A stretch of DNA of 60,699 nt, the filler included, from Sphacelaria rigidula (taxonomy: Eukaryota): assembly GCA_964200075.2 (NCBI GenBank). It is 6 parts of 6 records of this genome, joined end to end, with 100 filler letters (N's around TTAATTAATTAA, not from the genome) between each part and the next. Parts side by side here need not be neighbours in the genome. Positions count along the whole stretch, not along the records: positions 1 to 10,034 come from CAXNAA020007283.1; positions 10,135 to 20,168 come from CAXNAA020007284.1; 4 more parts are not named here. One strand, 5' to 3'. Position 1 is the stretch's first letter, and each line of letters starts with the position of its first letter. The position numbers and the translations under genes were made by a program. This document shows, piece after piece, positions 1 through 10,833 of this stretch. Under the pieces are notes generated by a model that worked only from the letters and a program-made list of their open reading frames with translations, did not search any database and was not told the origin of the DNA.

Positions 1-79
1 TTTTTTTTTTTTTTTTTTTTTTTTTTTTGTTTTTTTTTTTTTTTTTTTTTTTTTTTGTGGGGGGGTGTGGTGTTTTTTG

Positions 80-453
80 ATTCTCATGATCTTGCATGCC
101 GTAGTCGTATGGCCATTGATCTCGCGTTCCTACGAAGCGTGGACGGAGTACGCCCAGTTTTCGTACTCATGACTTGCATGCCATAGTCCAATGATCATTG
201 ACCTCGCATCTCTACAAAGTCGGGGCGGAGCACGACAGGTTTTCGCCGGATCAGGCTCGCAATCGATCACCAAGCGCGAAGGGCCGTGATGTATTCGGCG
301 AGTCGCATGAAGGGTAAGCTGTATCCTGTCAAGACTGTTCGGCCTGGAGCATACTGAATATCTTATAATTGGATGACAGTCTCCAATGAGTTACTTCGTT
401 TTCTGGTATCGCCACCTCTAGAGACGGCCACGGCTTACACACTGCCTCATGGG
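80..453 (-). repeat. Interspersed repeat with CCCATGAGGCAG terminus (copy 1, reverse orientation)
   Basis: Reverse complement aligns to 7091-7495 and 9887-10034; ends ...cacactgcctcatggg. Confidence 0.85.
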
Positions 454-739
454 CGTCTAACCACTAAAACATTACACAGTATTATCATTCCCTTTGCGTG
501 GGATCGAGGTTTTACCACCCCACACGATATGATCTCGCTCGACCACCGTCATGGTTACCGCAAAAAAACGCAAGCGCGCAAAAACTCGGTAACCCGATTG
601 CCTAGCTTATGCAGTGAGGAGTGGCGTGTTTTACAGCATCATTGCCAACCGACAACAACCCCATGGGGGGTCCGTCCCTGCAAATACGGGACGGAGCACG
701 CCAGGCTTTCGCCGGATCAGGGTATAGAGAGAGGGGGGG

Positions 740-1065
740 CCACGGTAATTCAGGATACCAGTACCTACTGTACCTGCCCAATTGGGTATTTTCGAAACTC
801 ATACCTGCGATACCTATGATACCACAAGGATACCACGGTATTTCGAGATGCCAGTACTTGCCATACCCGCTCAATCAGGTACTTTCAAAACTCATACCTA
901 CGATCCCCACGATACCACGGTATTCCGAGATTTCAATACCTACCGTACCCGCTCTATCAGGTATTTTCGAAACTCACATCTGCGATACCCACGCACACCA
1001 CGGTATGGGATACCCCGGTGAATACCGGGGGTACGCTTGGTACGGTACCTCACCTATGGTTACCG
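740..1065. repeat. GATACC/GGTAT motif array (MITE-like internal repeats)
   Basis: Repeated unit ggtattttcgaaactcatacctgcgatacc...gataccacggta, about 3 copies. Confidence 0.7.
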
Positions 1066-3689
1066 TGAATTTTTTGTACTCGCGAGTGCTTCCTCACACT
1101 GAGAGGATAAGACACGCTTGCATTCAAACGCATATTGTAGCACATGTACGTCTATCCCCGTCTCCAGCAACGCCGAAGCTCCATAAAAAACCTGAACTAT
1201 GTGTTGTATACAGCAGTAAGGTGCTGTGCAATACGCGTACACAGTGTACTTTGTTGGTGAACTGTACAGGAGTGGGCAGCAGGTACAGTAACTGTGACGA
1301 GTAGAGAAGCAGCTACTGTATACTTGAACGTGTATAGACAGTACAGTAAGTAGTCCATGTCAAGTACTCGCTTGGAGAATCTGTAAAAGAATTCAGGATC
1401 CCCGGCACTAAGTAACATGTCTAGTCAGTAGAGTCCATTTCAACAAGGCATAATTCCGACCGCAGGTACACACAGCGCCTGCACTTACGGAACGTCAGGT
1501 TTCACTGAGCGCGATAATACCCACTGCACCTGTTTGGAGCTGCTCCGCCCCTCCCCGCCCTCCCCCCGCCCTCGTGTTGTCCCTCTCCTTTCCTCTCTTA
1601 AGCGCTTTTCTTGAACAGCTGATGATACGGGCGGCACCCAAGAACTTTGAAGGCGGAATTTCAGATATATGCAATGGGCTCTTGATGAATTATCCTTGAG
1701 GTCTCTGATCGACCCTGTTCATCTGACTGGGAGCAGGGCAGCTCTCAGGTACCGGTATACGTGTGCCCCCTCGGCCCTCGATGACAGGGGACCATGTCAA
1801 TGCGTGTTCCTCTCTTGTGCTCAGACCCGTAGTCGATTGCTACATAGCTCGAGCCTCGGAGGAACATGACCATGGGTATTCTGTACAGCTCTACCGTGGC
1901 CATCTTCCTTTTGATCTGGTTGGATACATTCAGCTCACTGTTCAGTTGATCAGCATCGTACACGAAGAGTAATCATGCCTTCTTATGGGCCTGTTGTCGT
2001 GCGCATTGAAGAAGAACCCCACAAGTATGATCCAGGACCAAGAGTTTACACCAAGGTGGGTTCATGTTGGCTTTGTAAAAGTTCCCAGAGGAGGAGGGTA
2101 CGCCCGGTACATTCTCCACAATGAGAACGAGTAGGCAGCCTTCAAGTGGAATGTGTGCATCGTAGACCAGAGGAGGGGGCCGATGTGCACGTGCACCCAG
2201 CGACTGCTTTAGCATTTGCCTGTGACATAGGATATTGGGTGTTTCGCCTTGACGCGTGGAGATACATTCTGCAACAATGGCAGTCGTCGTGCTAGGTACT
2301 GGGTATATTCTTCAGCAGCGCTGCAGCCAGCACGTTTGTAAAGTGCAGCCGCCGAAGCAGGCACACCAGGATCGCATTATGTCGTGCAATAGCTTTCACA
2401 AAGTTCACGGTCGGCGGTCCAATCAACGCGGTCTCGAAAAACGTACAGCCGCTCATCTTCATTTATGGAGAATAAACGCTGGAAGTTGTCTGTGGTGCTC
2501 TTGCAGTCACAGCACCGTCCGATTGGACCACAGTGTGCCCCCACCCTGGATCCGTACTGTATGTAGTGCGTGCCGTCGTGTACGGTGTATAACACCCCTG
2601 TAAACTTTGATACGACGGTGTTGAGCTCGCAGATTAACCGTTCGAGATTCAAGCCCCGTTTCGCTACAATTTACCGACTGACAGTTTCATGGAACCATTC
2701 CTCTGGTGAAGGGTGTCATTTGGAGATGTTTGGATGGCATGAGAGCTACACTGCGTAGCCGCCGCGCACCCGTAGCTGAATCCAGGAATATTTCATATGG
2801 ATCTCACTGACATGGAGCCAATTCTAGTATTGAAAACATGATAAATTGGGTAACAAAAACATTATTTGAGGAGATTTTTCGCGATGCGAGAGCAGATTTA
2901 ATTACTTATTCCAAATTGTATGGTATCACCGGGAGAGAGGTTGGCTCATCCCTTGGGATCACGGGCTTGTGCCGAGGAAGGGACGGGGGTAGAACTGCAA
3001 CGAATAAAAAAACACCGACGAGCTGGGCCAGGCTGAAAACGTACGTACTCCGGGCATACAGCATTTTTTTCAGTTCGCAGAATCAGCTTGGTGTGAGTAT
3101 GTCGCTGTGAACTGCAGACCGATCGTGCAATACACGACTCTGCTACTGTTCGATTGGCGCAGTTTTGGAGATGACAGTATCATGCTGCATTGAGTACCGG
3201 GTGCCTCTCATATCGTGGCGTAATAGCGTATCCTCAGTTTTTGTATTTATATGTAAAACGTGACGGAGTTACGACTTACAGCGTACCGGGTACATGACAA
3301 CCCTCACACGCACTGTCAAGAGCACACAAATATTGCTGCGAGATGGCATCAAGCTCGTCAGCAGCTCCATCATGGAAGACGGGAACTCCGAGCCGATTGT
3401 CACATACTACGAGTGCAGGGACGAACATGAGGCTTGCACCTCGACCCATCCCCGACGGTGATCGTTCTTTTCCCGGTGAAAAAAAATTGCTGACGGTGAT
3501 TCTCTGTAACTGGGCCTCGATGGAAGCACAAAAGTGCTCTAGATAGGCCTTGGAGAAAAGTTCGACCCACGCTGAGGCGAGGAAGACTTCAAAGGCCCGT
3601 GCGAGATTGCCAAAAACAAGTATTTCAGCTGGGACAAAAAATGTATTGCCTCAACGACAGAAACCAGATCGACCAAGAAAAAATGTTGT

Positions 3690-3753
3690 GTGGGAATTCG
3701 AACTCGTGACCTCCGCAACTAGAGTCTCCTGTAGCACTTGGATCACCGGGGCG
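3690..3753 (-). mobile_element. tRNA-derived SINE head (Pol III A/B box)
   Basis: Minus strand reads cgccccggTGATCCAAGTG...ggtcacGAGTTCGAATTCCcac: degenerate A box and B box at tRNA-like spacing, no clean cloverleaf. Confidence 0.55.
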
Positions 3754-6035
3754 TAGCGATTTTACACAAAAAGTCGCGTGCGCCGTCCCAATTTCAATAG
3801 TCTTACAGGGAAATTTACATGGATCTCCTGAATTCAACGGAAAAAAACCTTGACACCAGCATCAAAGTTTTTTTTCCATGGAATTATGGCATTTTTTTTT
3901 TTTGCTGGAATTTCAAATGGCTCTCACATTCTTTTTTTTTTTTGTTCAGATATATTCCTCGTATTGATAGCATGAACCCTCGTGTCAAAATTTCAGCTCT
4001 AGAGTACTGTATCTGTTTCATAACCACCTTGGCTGACCCACCTCGTACAGTGTACAATCACAGATGGACGATTAACTTGCTATTAGAAAGGGCACAGATG
4101 AGCCCTTCCTGCTAGAACGAACGTCGATCAAGTGTTTCTTTGTTTCGTGCCCAACCGTTACGAGTAGCCATTGCCAGTGCAGCTGCGGGCTTGTGCAAAA
4201 GGGCACGGCTTCACGTAGATTATAGGGGAGTGCTATTATTACCGAGAGACGGTACATGAGTCTACCGCAGAGAGTGAGTGGAGTGATTTGTTATACAGTA
4301 CAGTACACCTGGTTCTTGTGGCTGCCCGACTTGACTGTCTTGTAACCAGTTAATGAGTAAACCCGTGGATGTTGCCAGAAGCACAGCCCACCCAACTGGC
4401 AATGGCTTTGGTAGCACCGCACTGGACGAACCACAGTCATTGCCTGTAACACAGCCTTCAAACCTACATGCACACCCTGTATCATGCACCATATTCCCGC
4501 AACGCCAGCCATGACAGACAAGCACAAAACAGCGACACGACTGCAGATTTGAAATGAAACGGAGAGAGATCCTCCGCTACTCTGTCGTGTACAAAACGTG
4601 GAAGGTTCTCCCATTTCTTGAGGCAGGTGTCGGGGTGTGAATCGTTCACCCCGACGCTCTTTGTATAGCGATCCGTTCACCCAGGGTCCACCTAAGAAAG
4701 AGGGTCTGGCACCAACAGAATCAAAACTCGTTCAGCGGTCGACGCTGACGCTTCCGGGAATTTAGGTGACGACTGTCCCGCGGTTGAAGGGAAAATAGGT
4801 TCAAATATCGGAGACTACGTGATGACTTACAGCGTGGTCGGAGTGTCAGGTGGCGGATGCCATGGCCGACACGCACCGCCCACTCGTCAGTTGACACCCA
4901 CCAACGCGAGATCACTCCCAGTGGCACGCCCGCGCTACGGCCCCAACAGCCTTCACACGTTCATGACGTCAAAGTGCTACCGTAGTGGGGGCATGACCTC
5001 TCCATGGTCTCCACGCTTGATGGCCCGATCTGAGCTGATCGTGGCTCATGCACGAAGGATAGGCCTTGGCCACGACCTGTGCAGCCCCAGACTCCACGTA
5101 CGTTCTGTCTCTCCATCAAAAACGTTTTTTCCCAATCCTCCCAAAAGCTCATGCAACTCGAGTCTACATTGAGATCTGCATGCCGAAGGAGTTGGTTGTT
5201 CTGTGGTGCTGCCGGAGACGTGCCTTCAATATCTCGATATTTTTTTGTCTCTGGGTTTGTTTCGCATCGCTCAGCGGCCAGCGGGTGCCGACATGTAGTG
5301 AATTATTTTGATGCACTATGCGAAGCAAACCGCGGTCGGTGCAATGGCCGTCCACACCCGACTCCAAGGATTGAGCCGTACAGAGATGCCATGGTGATAC
5401 ACTTCATTCCAGGTGGTCATACTCCACTGAATTCAAGTAATGCGCCAACACTCCGTCCACGCGCAAGGATTGGGCACGTCCAAATTACCCGTGTAGTGCT
5501 GGAGTACTGATGGAACGACTCTGCGCAATATTTCACTCTAGCGTTCTCACGCTGTCGCGCAAACTGTGGTTCCAGCTAAGGTCCGTAACCATCGCCAACA
5601 AACCAGAGTGTGGATCTAAAGCATGATACATGAGATGATCCTTTCAGAGATAACATCACTTTGCGCGACATGTTTTGTTTGACGAGCTATCTGTGATCCT
5701 AGAAGCCAAGGTCTGTTGCCTGCTTTCCGCAAACCCTCTCTGCAGCCAGCTGGGGGTCCACTCGACCCACACGTAACTAGTTTTCACGTACACCCATAGG
5801 GCGCCGAAGGTAGGAGATCGGTCCTAGATCAATCAGTCGTAACGTGTGGGAAAAGAAGGGCGTTGGATGAACAATATGTACCTGGATTTGGTGCTGGAGA
5901 CCTCGAAGTATGTAGCATGTTTCCGCGAGAGGGTGGTGCTCCCAGACATCGAGAAGATTCTCATCTGTAGCTTCGGGCTTACCGGTGCCGAAGGGAGGCC
6001 GTCAATGATTATTTCATTATTTATTGTTCATGTTG

Positions 6036-6111
6036 TTTGTCGCACTTTGAACAGCTCCCCTTCCTCGGGACAAGTCGGTGGTCTCAAGGGATGAACGCAT
6101 TTCTCCCCCGG
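6036..6111 (-). mobile_element. Non-LTR retroelement 3' end fragment, family A (...gtgcgacaaa plus AT-rich tail)
   Basis: Motif tttgtcgcactttgaac...gtggtctcaagggat shared with 8181-8280, 15761-15822, 31790-31846 and, inverted, 38610-38778. Confidence 0.6.
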
Positions 6112-6786
6112 TGATATTGTTCCGAAATGAGGCCTGACGCCTGCGGATTTACCAATCAAGTTTTCCATACACACTCAACTATGGGGATTGATCACCAAAT
6201 GGATGATGACCGAAAGGCGCGCTTACTCATGGTTTCGTTATCCAGTGCGATTGCGAAGTCTGAGTCTAAAGTTTCCCGTGCGCTTGTCAATGTGCACGCA
6301 TACATGGATGTGTTTTGGCTCACAGGTGGTGGAGAAGGTCATTGCTCGTTTGGAAGCGAGACTTGCCGAGAGGGGCGAAGCCAACCCATCCATCGCTTCA
6401 GCCAGCGATGTAGAGCAGGTGTGCAGCAAAACAACCGCTTGAACACTTCGCAACAGCGAGACGAAAACAAAAGAAAATAAAAAAAAAGTACTTGTACGCA
6501 AAGTTTCACCTTCTGGGCTGAAGACAGGAATAATTTTTTCACCCTTATCTATCTCAAGCGTCCAACAGGAATACACACGCAGAAGACCAGCAAGAAAACA
6601 TCTTGGAAAGCCATCTATCTCCGTGTGTTTTGTTTTGTACCGATTTGTCTGCAAATGAGCCGCAATCCACGTGGTGGCTTCAATGCCGTACGCACGGAGC
6701 CCGTACCAACCACAGGCTGGTACCCACCGCCTCGGATTTAGGAGAAGCTGATTGTGGGCGACGTTTGAGGCGGCGGCGGGGTCAGA

Positions 6787-6860
6787 GGGGGGCGCGCGTA
6801 CTCATTTGTTGCTTCCCTCAGTCGTTTGACCGTTGACCACGCATCCCTTTCGAGAGGGGG
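6787..6860 (-). mobile_element. C-tailed LINE 3' end fragment
   Basis: gggggg..cgtactcatttgttgct...gaccacgcatccctttcgaga matches the 3' end of the LINE at 58414-59040. Confidence 0.75.
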
Positions 6861-7090
6861 CACTTTCCTACTTTCTATTAGAGACACCTCTAACATTTGG
6901 GCGCTCGTTGCGTTTCTTCCATATATTATTCAAAACGTTTCACGTATTTTATCCCCTTCCTGATTCATCTTCTGTGGCCACAATCTATCTCCTAGTAAAG
7001 CGACCTTTTTCTCGTTTTCGTATCATGTACCGAACGATTCCATGCCATCTTTGTTGGCTTCCCACATTTCCCCCAACACATGGTTGTACA

Positions 7091-7495
7091 CCCATGAGGC
7101 AGTGTAAAAGCTGTGGCTGTCTCTGGAAGTGGCGAAACCATAGAATAAAGCAACTCATTGTTGGCTGTCATCCAAATGCAAGATAATGAGTAGGCTTCGG
7201 GCCAAACAATCTGAGCAGGATGCAGCTCACCCTTCATGCCACTCGCCGAGCACACCACGGCGCTTCGCGCTTGGTGGTTCGAGTGCGAGCCTGGTCTGGC
7301 GAAAACCCGGCGTGCTCCGTGCCGGCTTTGTAGGGATGCGAGGTCAATGGTCTTGCGACTATGGCATGCATGATTATGAGTACACCCCTGCTCCTTCCGA
7401 CGACTGTCTGGCGAAACCCGGCGTGTCCCCCGCCTGCTTTGCAGGGATGCGAGGTCAAAGATCCCATGACCACGGGATGCAGAATCACGAGTACA
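7091..7495 (+). repeat. Interspersed repeat with CCCATGAGGCAG terminus and ~110-bp internal tandem units (copy 2)
   Basis: Near-identical start to 9887-10034; two units ctggcgaaa(a)cccggcgtg...gggatgcgaggtcaa...gagtaca. Confidence 0.85.
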
Positions 7496-7687
7496 TCTTT
7501 CCATCCCTTCCGCCACATTGCCTTTGTCACTCACGCACTGCAGAGCAAAAACAATACGACAACCACCGCAAACGGTAACTTTCTCGAAACTCGCACGCAC
7601 GCATACACACACGTATACTCCCTACCCTGTTTGCCAAAAGCATGGGGTAAAAAGCATGAAAGCAACATCTCACTTCTAAACTCACAG

Positions 7688-7996
7688 GTTCAAGATGGGC
7701 ACTACACTTATTCCGCCGTGGAGAGCGACACCCGAATTGCGGCCGACACCGAGCAACAAGAACAACAACAATCCGCAAATTACACAACAGCAGCAGCCAC
7801 GACCCTCACCACACGCACAGCGGAGGCCCTGTGCGAGCCGGGATACTGGTGCGCCGAGGGAGTTAGGTATCCTTGCGACGCAGGATTTTTCGGAGACTTG
7901 TTTGGCGAGGCGCGGGGCGGAAATTGTTCCGGCTCTTGCAGTCCCGGGTTTGTGTGCGGAAACGCTAGCGTGTCGTCCAAGGCACAACCGTGCGGG
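7688..7996 (+). CDS. Internal exon of a cysteine-rich repeat protein (GCC2/GCC3, ephrin-receptor-like type; probably surface or secreted)
   Basis: Acceptor ctcacAG|, donor |GTGAGT; encodes GHYT...CEPGYWCAEGVRYPCDAGFFG...CSGSCSPGFVCG...QPCG, a repeat pattern typical of stramenopile Cys-rich proteins. Confidence 0.8.
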
Positions 7997-8180
7997 GTGA
8001 GTTGCTTCCTAGTCCAGTACCTTGGGACGAGTCATCCTCTTCGTTAATGCCCTGTACGTCGCAGCTCTTGCTGGCGGTTGCTATCTCTAAGGATTACGCT
8101 GACCGGGTGTCACGGGAGCGCAGGGGGGGGGATCGATGTTGAACTGATTGTGAACAGAAAAAACACTAAAAAGGGGTTTA

Positions 8181-8280
8181 CTTTATTTTATTTTATTTTT
8201 ATTTGTCGCACTTTGAACCCCTCCCCTTGTTCGGGACGAGTCCGTGGTCTCAAGGGATCAACCCATCTCTCCCTCGGTAC
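8181..8280 (-). mobile_element. Non-LTR retroelement 3' end fragment, family A
   Basis: (TTTTA)n run followed by atttgtcgcactttgaaccc...ctcaagggatcaacccatctctc. Confidence 0.65.
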
Positions 8281-9886
8281 AGAAGGGGAGATGAGGGAAT
8301 GCAAGGTGCAACGAAGTAAGAACTAACGTAATAAGAACGTAGCCGGGTTCGGTGCACAAAGGTACAATTGTAAGCGCACGCAGGATTGAATACCTTGTAT
8401 CTGTCGGTGACCGGATCGATGGATACCATCGGCAGGGAGGTTAACTGGTCTTTCTGGTGCGCTCATTACGGACGTCAAAGCTAAGGCGTTCGAGTACTGC
8501 ACATGGAGATACCGATGTGTATTGTTGTGCTCGCGTATGTCACCCAAAATACGACTGCGTGGATGCATAGGTAATCCAACGAAGTACATTCTGGGTGAGT
8601 CACAACCTATATACTTGGTATATATATACATGTACTTCCAGATGCGCGATGCATCGCAGGTTGCCTACCCTGGCCGTTGTTCTTCTGTAGCCTCGAACTA
8701 CAACTGAATGCCGGTGTTTTCTCGTCATTTCCTTTGAACAGCGATGGCGCTGTCCTCTTTTTTTCGTTCACTATTGACAAGACACGAACGGCATTAATTT
8801 CAGTTTCGGTCTGAGAGTACAGGACCATGCTTGCTAGGTGGATTGCGCGTCCTTTCATTTTAGCTTTGGGGTTTGCTGAGAATTCCGCTTCCCCACTCAT
8901 CATGTCACAATTTGGGCCTGCCCGCATCCCAAGTACACGCCCTCTGTGAAGCATCTAAAGTCTGTTGGAAGGAATCATGAAGAAGATTGAACATATACGC
9001 ATGTACCCGCGAAGTACGTACCCAACGGAGGCTAGGACCCGGATAGAGGTGAGCATCGAAAATTACGGGCAAAGTTGGCTAGATTCTCAGAAACGCCAAA
9101 CGGACATTGCCTACTTTCAGACTACTCGTCGATTCCGTTACTTCTGCCGTCTTCGACTACAACTGCGATTGACCGGTGATAAAAAGAACGGACGATTTCG
9201 CACAATGACACTTTTGCCAGAGAGAAGGAGCGCGAGCACAACAGATTGTCCACGCACTACTCTCATCGTAGGTTCGAATTTCGATCACGCAAATGTTCAC
9301 GGCAAAAACAAAATATCAATAACCGGTTCCAGTAGGAACAGACTGATACTCCCGAGAGAGAAACAGCAGCAGTATCGTGTAAACGACAGCGGCACACACA
9401 TAAGTAAATATGACAATCAACCTTGGATAGATCCCAATGACGAAACAACGACACCGCATGCAATGCTCTCTGAGAATATGCCAAGCCCAGACGGCAGGCC
9501 CAAAAAGAAACGTTTCCCCCACGATATCCGACTGTCTGTTGTTCCATGCCATCCTTCGTACATGGTGGCGTCTCGACCCTTCGAGTCTCACAGGACCCGA
9601 GTGTCTACTGCCCCGGAGGAAACAGAGAATCGATTCCGGTTCTGGAGGGATACTTCTCCGTTAATGGGGAGAGCAACACCAGAGCCGATCAGGTAGCTAT
9701 ACAGCTCAGCAGCCTTGCTGGTAGGTTTTCGCAGCCTTTGCGAAGAATATACTATAGAAACTGAGAGCGTTTCGTTTCCGGTTGCTCGATTTCAACACCG
9801 CAGCATCCGGGACTTCGTCTCGTGTGCGGTGACCCCGGTCTGACTCCTGAAACCATATGATAGCCCCCCCTACCCTCTCTTGAAAC

Positions 9887-10034
9887 CCATGAGGCAGTGT
9901 GTAAGCCGTGGCTGTCTCTGTCTCTGGAAGTGGCGATACCATAGAATAAAGCAACTCATTGTTGGCTGTCATCCAAATGCAAGACAATCAGTAGGCTTCG
10001 GGCCAAACAATCTTAGCAGGACGCAGCTCACCCT
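9887..10034 (+). repeat. CCCATGAGGCAG-terminus repeat (copy 3, cut by contig end)
   Basis: Matches 7091-7233. Confidence 0.85.
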
Positions 10035-10134
10035 NNNNNNNNNNNNNNNNNNNNNNNNNNNNNNNNNNNNNNNNNNNNTTAATTAATTAANNNNNNNNNN
10101 NNNNNNNNNNNNNNNNNNNNNNNNNNNNNNNNNN
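10035..10134. other. Artificial contig-joining spacer (N44-TTAATTAATTAA-N44)
   Basis: 100-bp spacer with six-frame stop linker, seen directly. Confidence 0.98.
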
Positions 10135-10164
10135 GGGTGTGTTAGTGTTTTTTGTGAGTGTGTG

Positions 10165-10345
10165 GGGGGTGGGTGGTGGGGGGGGGGGGGGGGGGGGGGG
10201 GGGTGGGGGGGGGCTACTTGTTTGTTGCTTGCCTTAATTCGCTTGATCATTGACCACGCACCCCTTTCGAGACGGAGCACCGTTTTTACCCCTCATAAAT
10301 ATAAACACCTCCAACGTTTGGGTGCTCATTATTCTGTGGGGGGGG
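10165..10345 (-). mobile_element. C-tailed LINE 3' fragment bracketed by G runs
   Basis: Long G tract, then ...ttgaccacgcacccctttcgagacggagcaccgt..., then G8 at 10338-10345. Confidence 0.75.
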
Positions 10346-10409
10346 AAATTGGAGTATAACATTGTATTGCGCTGACGCCACTCGCCGACCCCTGACCTCA
10401 ACTGACAAG

Positions 10410-10552
10410 GAGCGGATGTGTTTTCTCCATACCTTGGGGAGGCGGAGGCGACGGTCAGACAGGCATTTGTGCTGGCAAGGAACGCCGCGCCCGCACTGCT
10501 GTTCTTCGACGAGATCGACGCTATCGTGTGCAAGAGGGAGGGTGGACGCAAG
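10410..10552 (+). CDS. AAA+ ATPase (CDC48 family, AFG2B/SPATA5L1-like), D2 exon with Walker B
   Basis: ADVFSPYLGEAEATVRQAFVLARNAAPALLFFDEIDAIV (Walker B hhhhDE); acceptor acAAG|, donor |GTGATA. Confidence 0.88.
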
Positions 10553-10760
10553 GTGATACGTTTGGTGTTCCACAAGCGACTCTTCGCAGTGTCGCGTGTT
10601 TCTTCATCGATGTACCTTGTGCAACACATTTTCTTTTTTTGCGACTAATCGTACTTCATTTTATTTTATTTTATTGACCAAGTGCGATGCCGCTCGTGTT
10701 ACATGTGTCCACAATCGGCACCTCTGCTTGTTCTTCATATAATAGTCAGTGATGGATACA

Positions 10761-10833
10761 CATATATATATATATATATACAAGGTTCCCCTTCGGGAGG
10801 TTGGTACGGGCCTCCCGGGGGTGACGCAATTCG
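10761..10833 (-). mobile_element. LINE 3' end fragment, family B, with (TA)n tail
   Basis: (TA)n followed by caaggttccccttcgggaggttggtac..cctcccgggg(g)tgacgcaa; second copy at 11938-11992. Confidence 0.6.

Noticed and set aside
621-1304. 227-aa ORF
   Set aside because: Largely a translation of the GATACC motif array
3690-3753. Functional tRNA gene
   Set aside because: Only A/B boxes are recognisable; acceptor and anticodon stems do not form cleanly
4870-5170. Degenerate gypsy integrase on the minus strand
   Set aside because: Resemblance needs several frameshifts and lacks intact HHCC or DDE residues
7290-7495. Tandem and motif arrays (also 51865-53420, 39489-40023) as CRISPR-like repeat-spacer arrays
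   Set aside because: Units are degenerate along their whole length with no unique spacers, there are no cas genes, and the context is eukaryotic
8965-9696. 243-aa ORF as a gene
   Set aside because: TTG start, no recognisable motif and no supporting splice structure
10079-10090. TTAATTAATTAA palindrome as a biological site
   Set aside because: Synthetic six-frame stop linker
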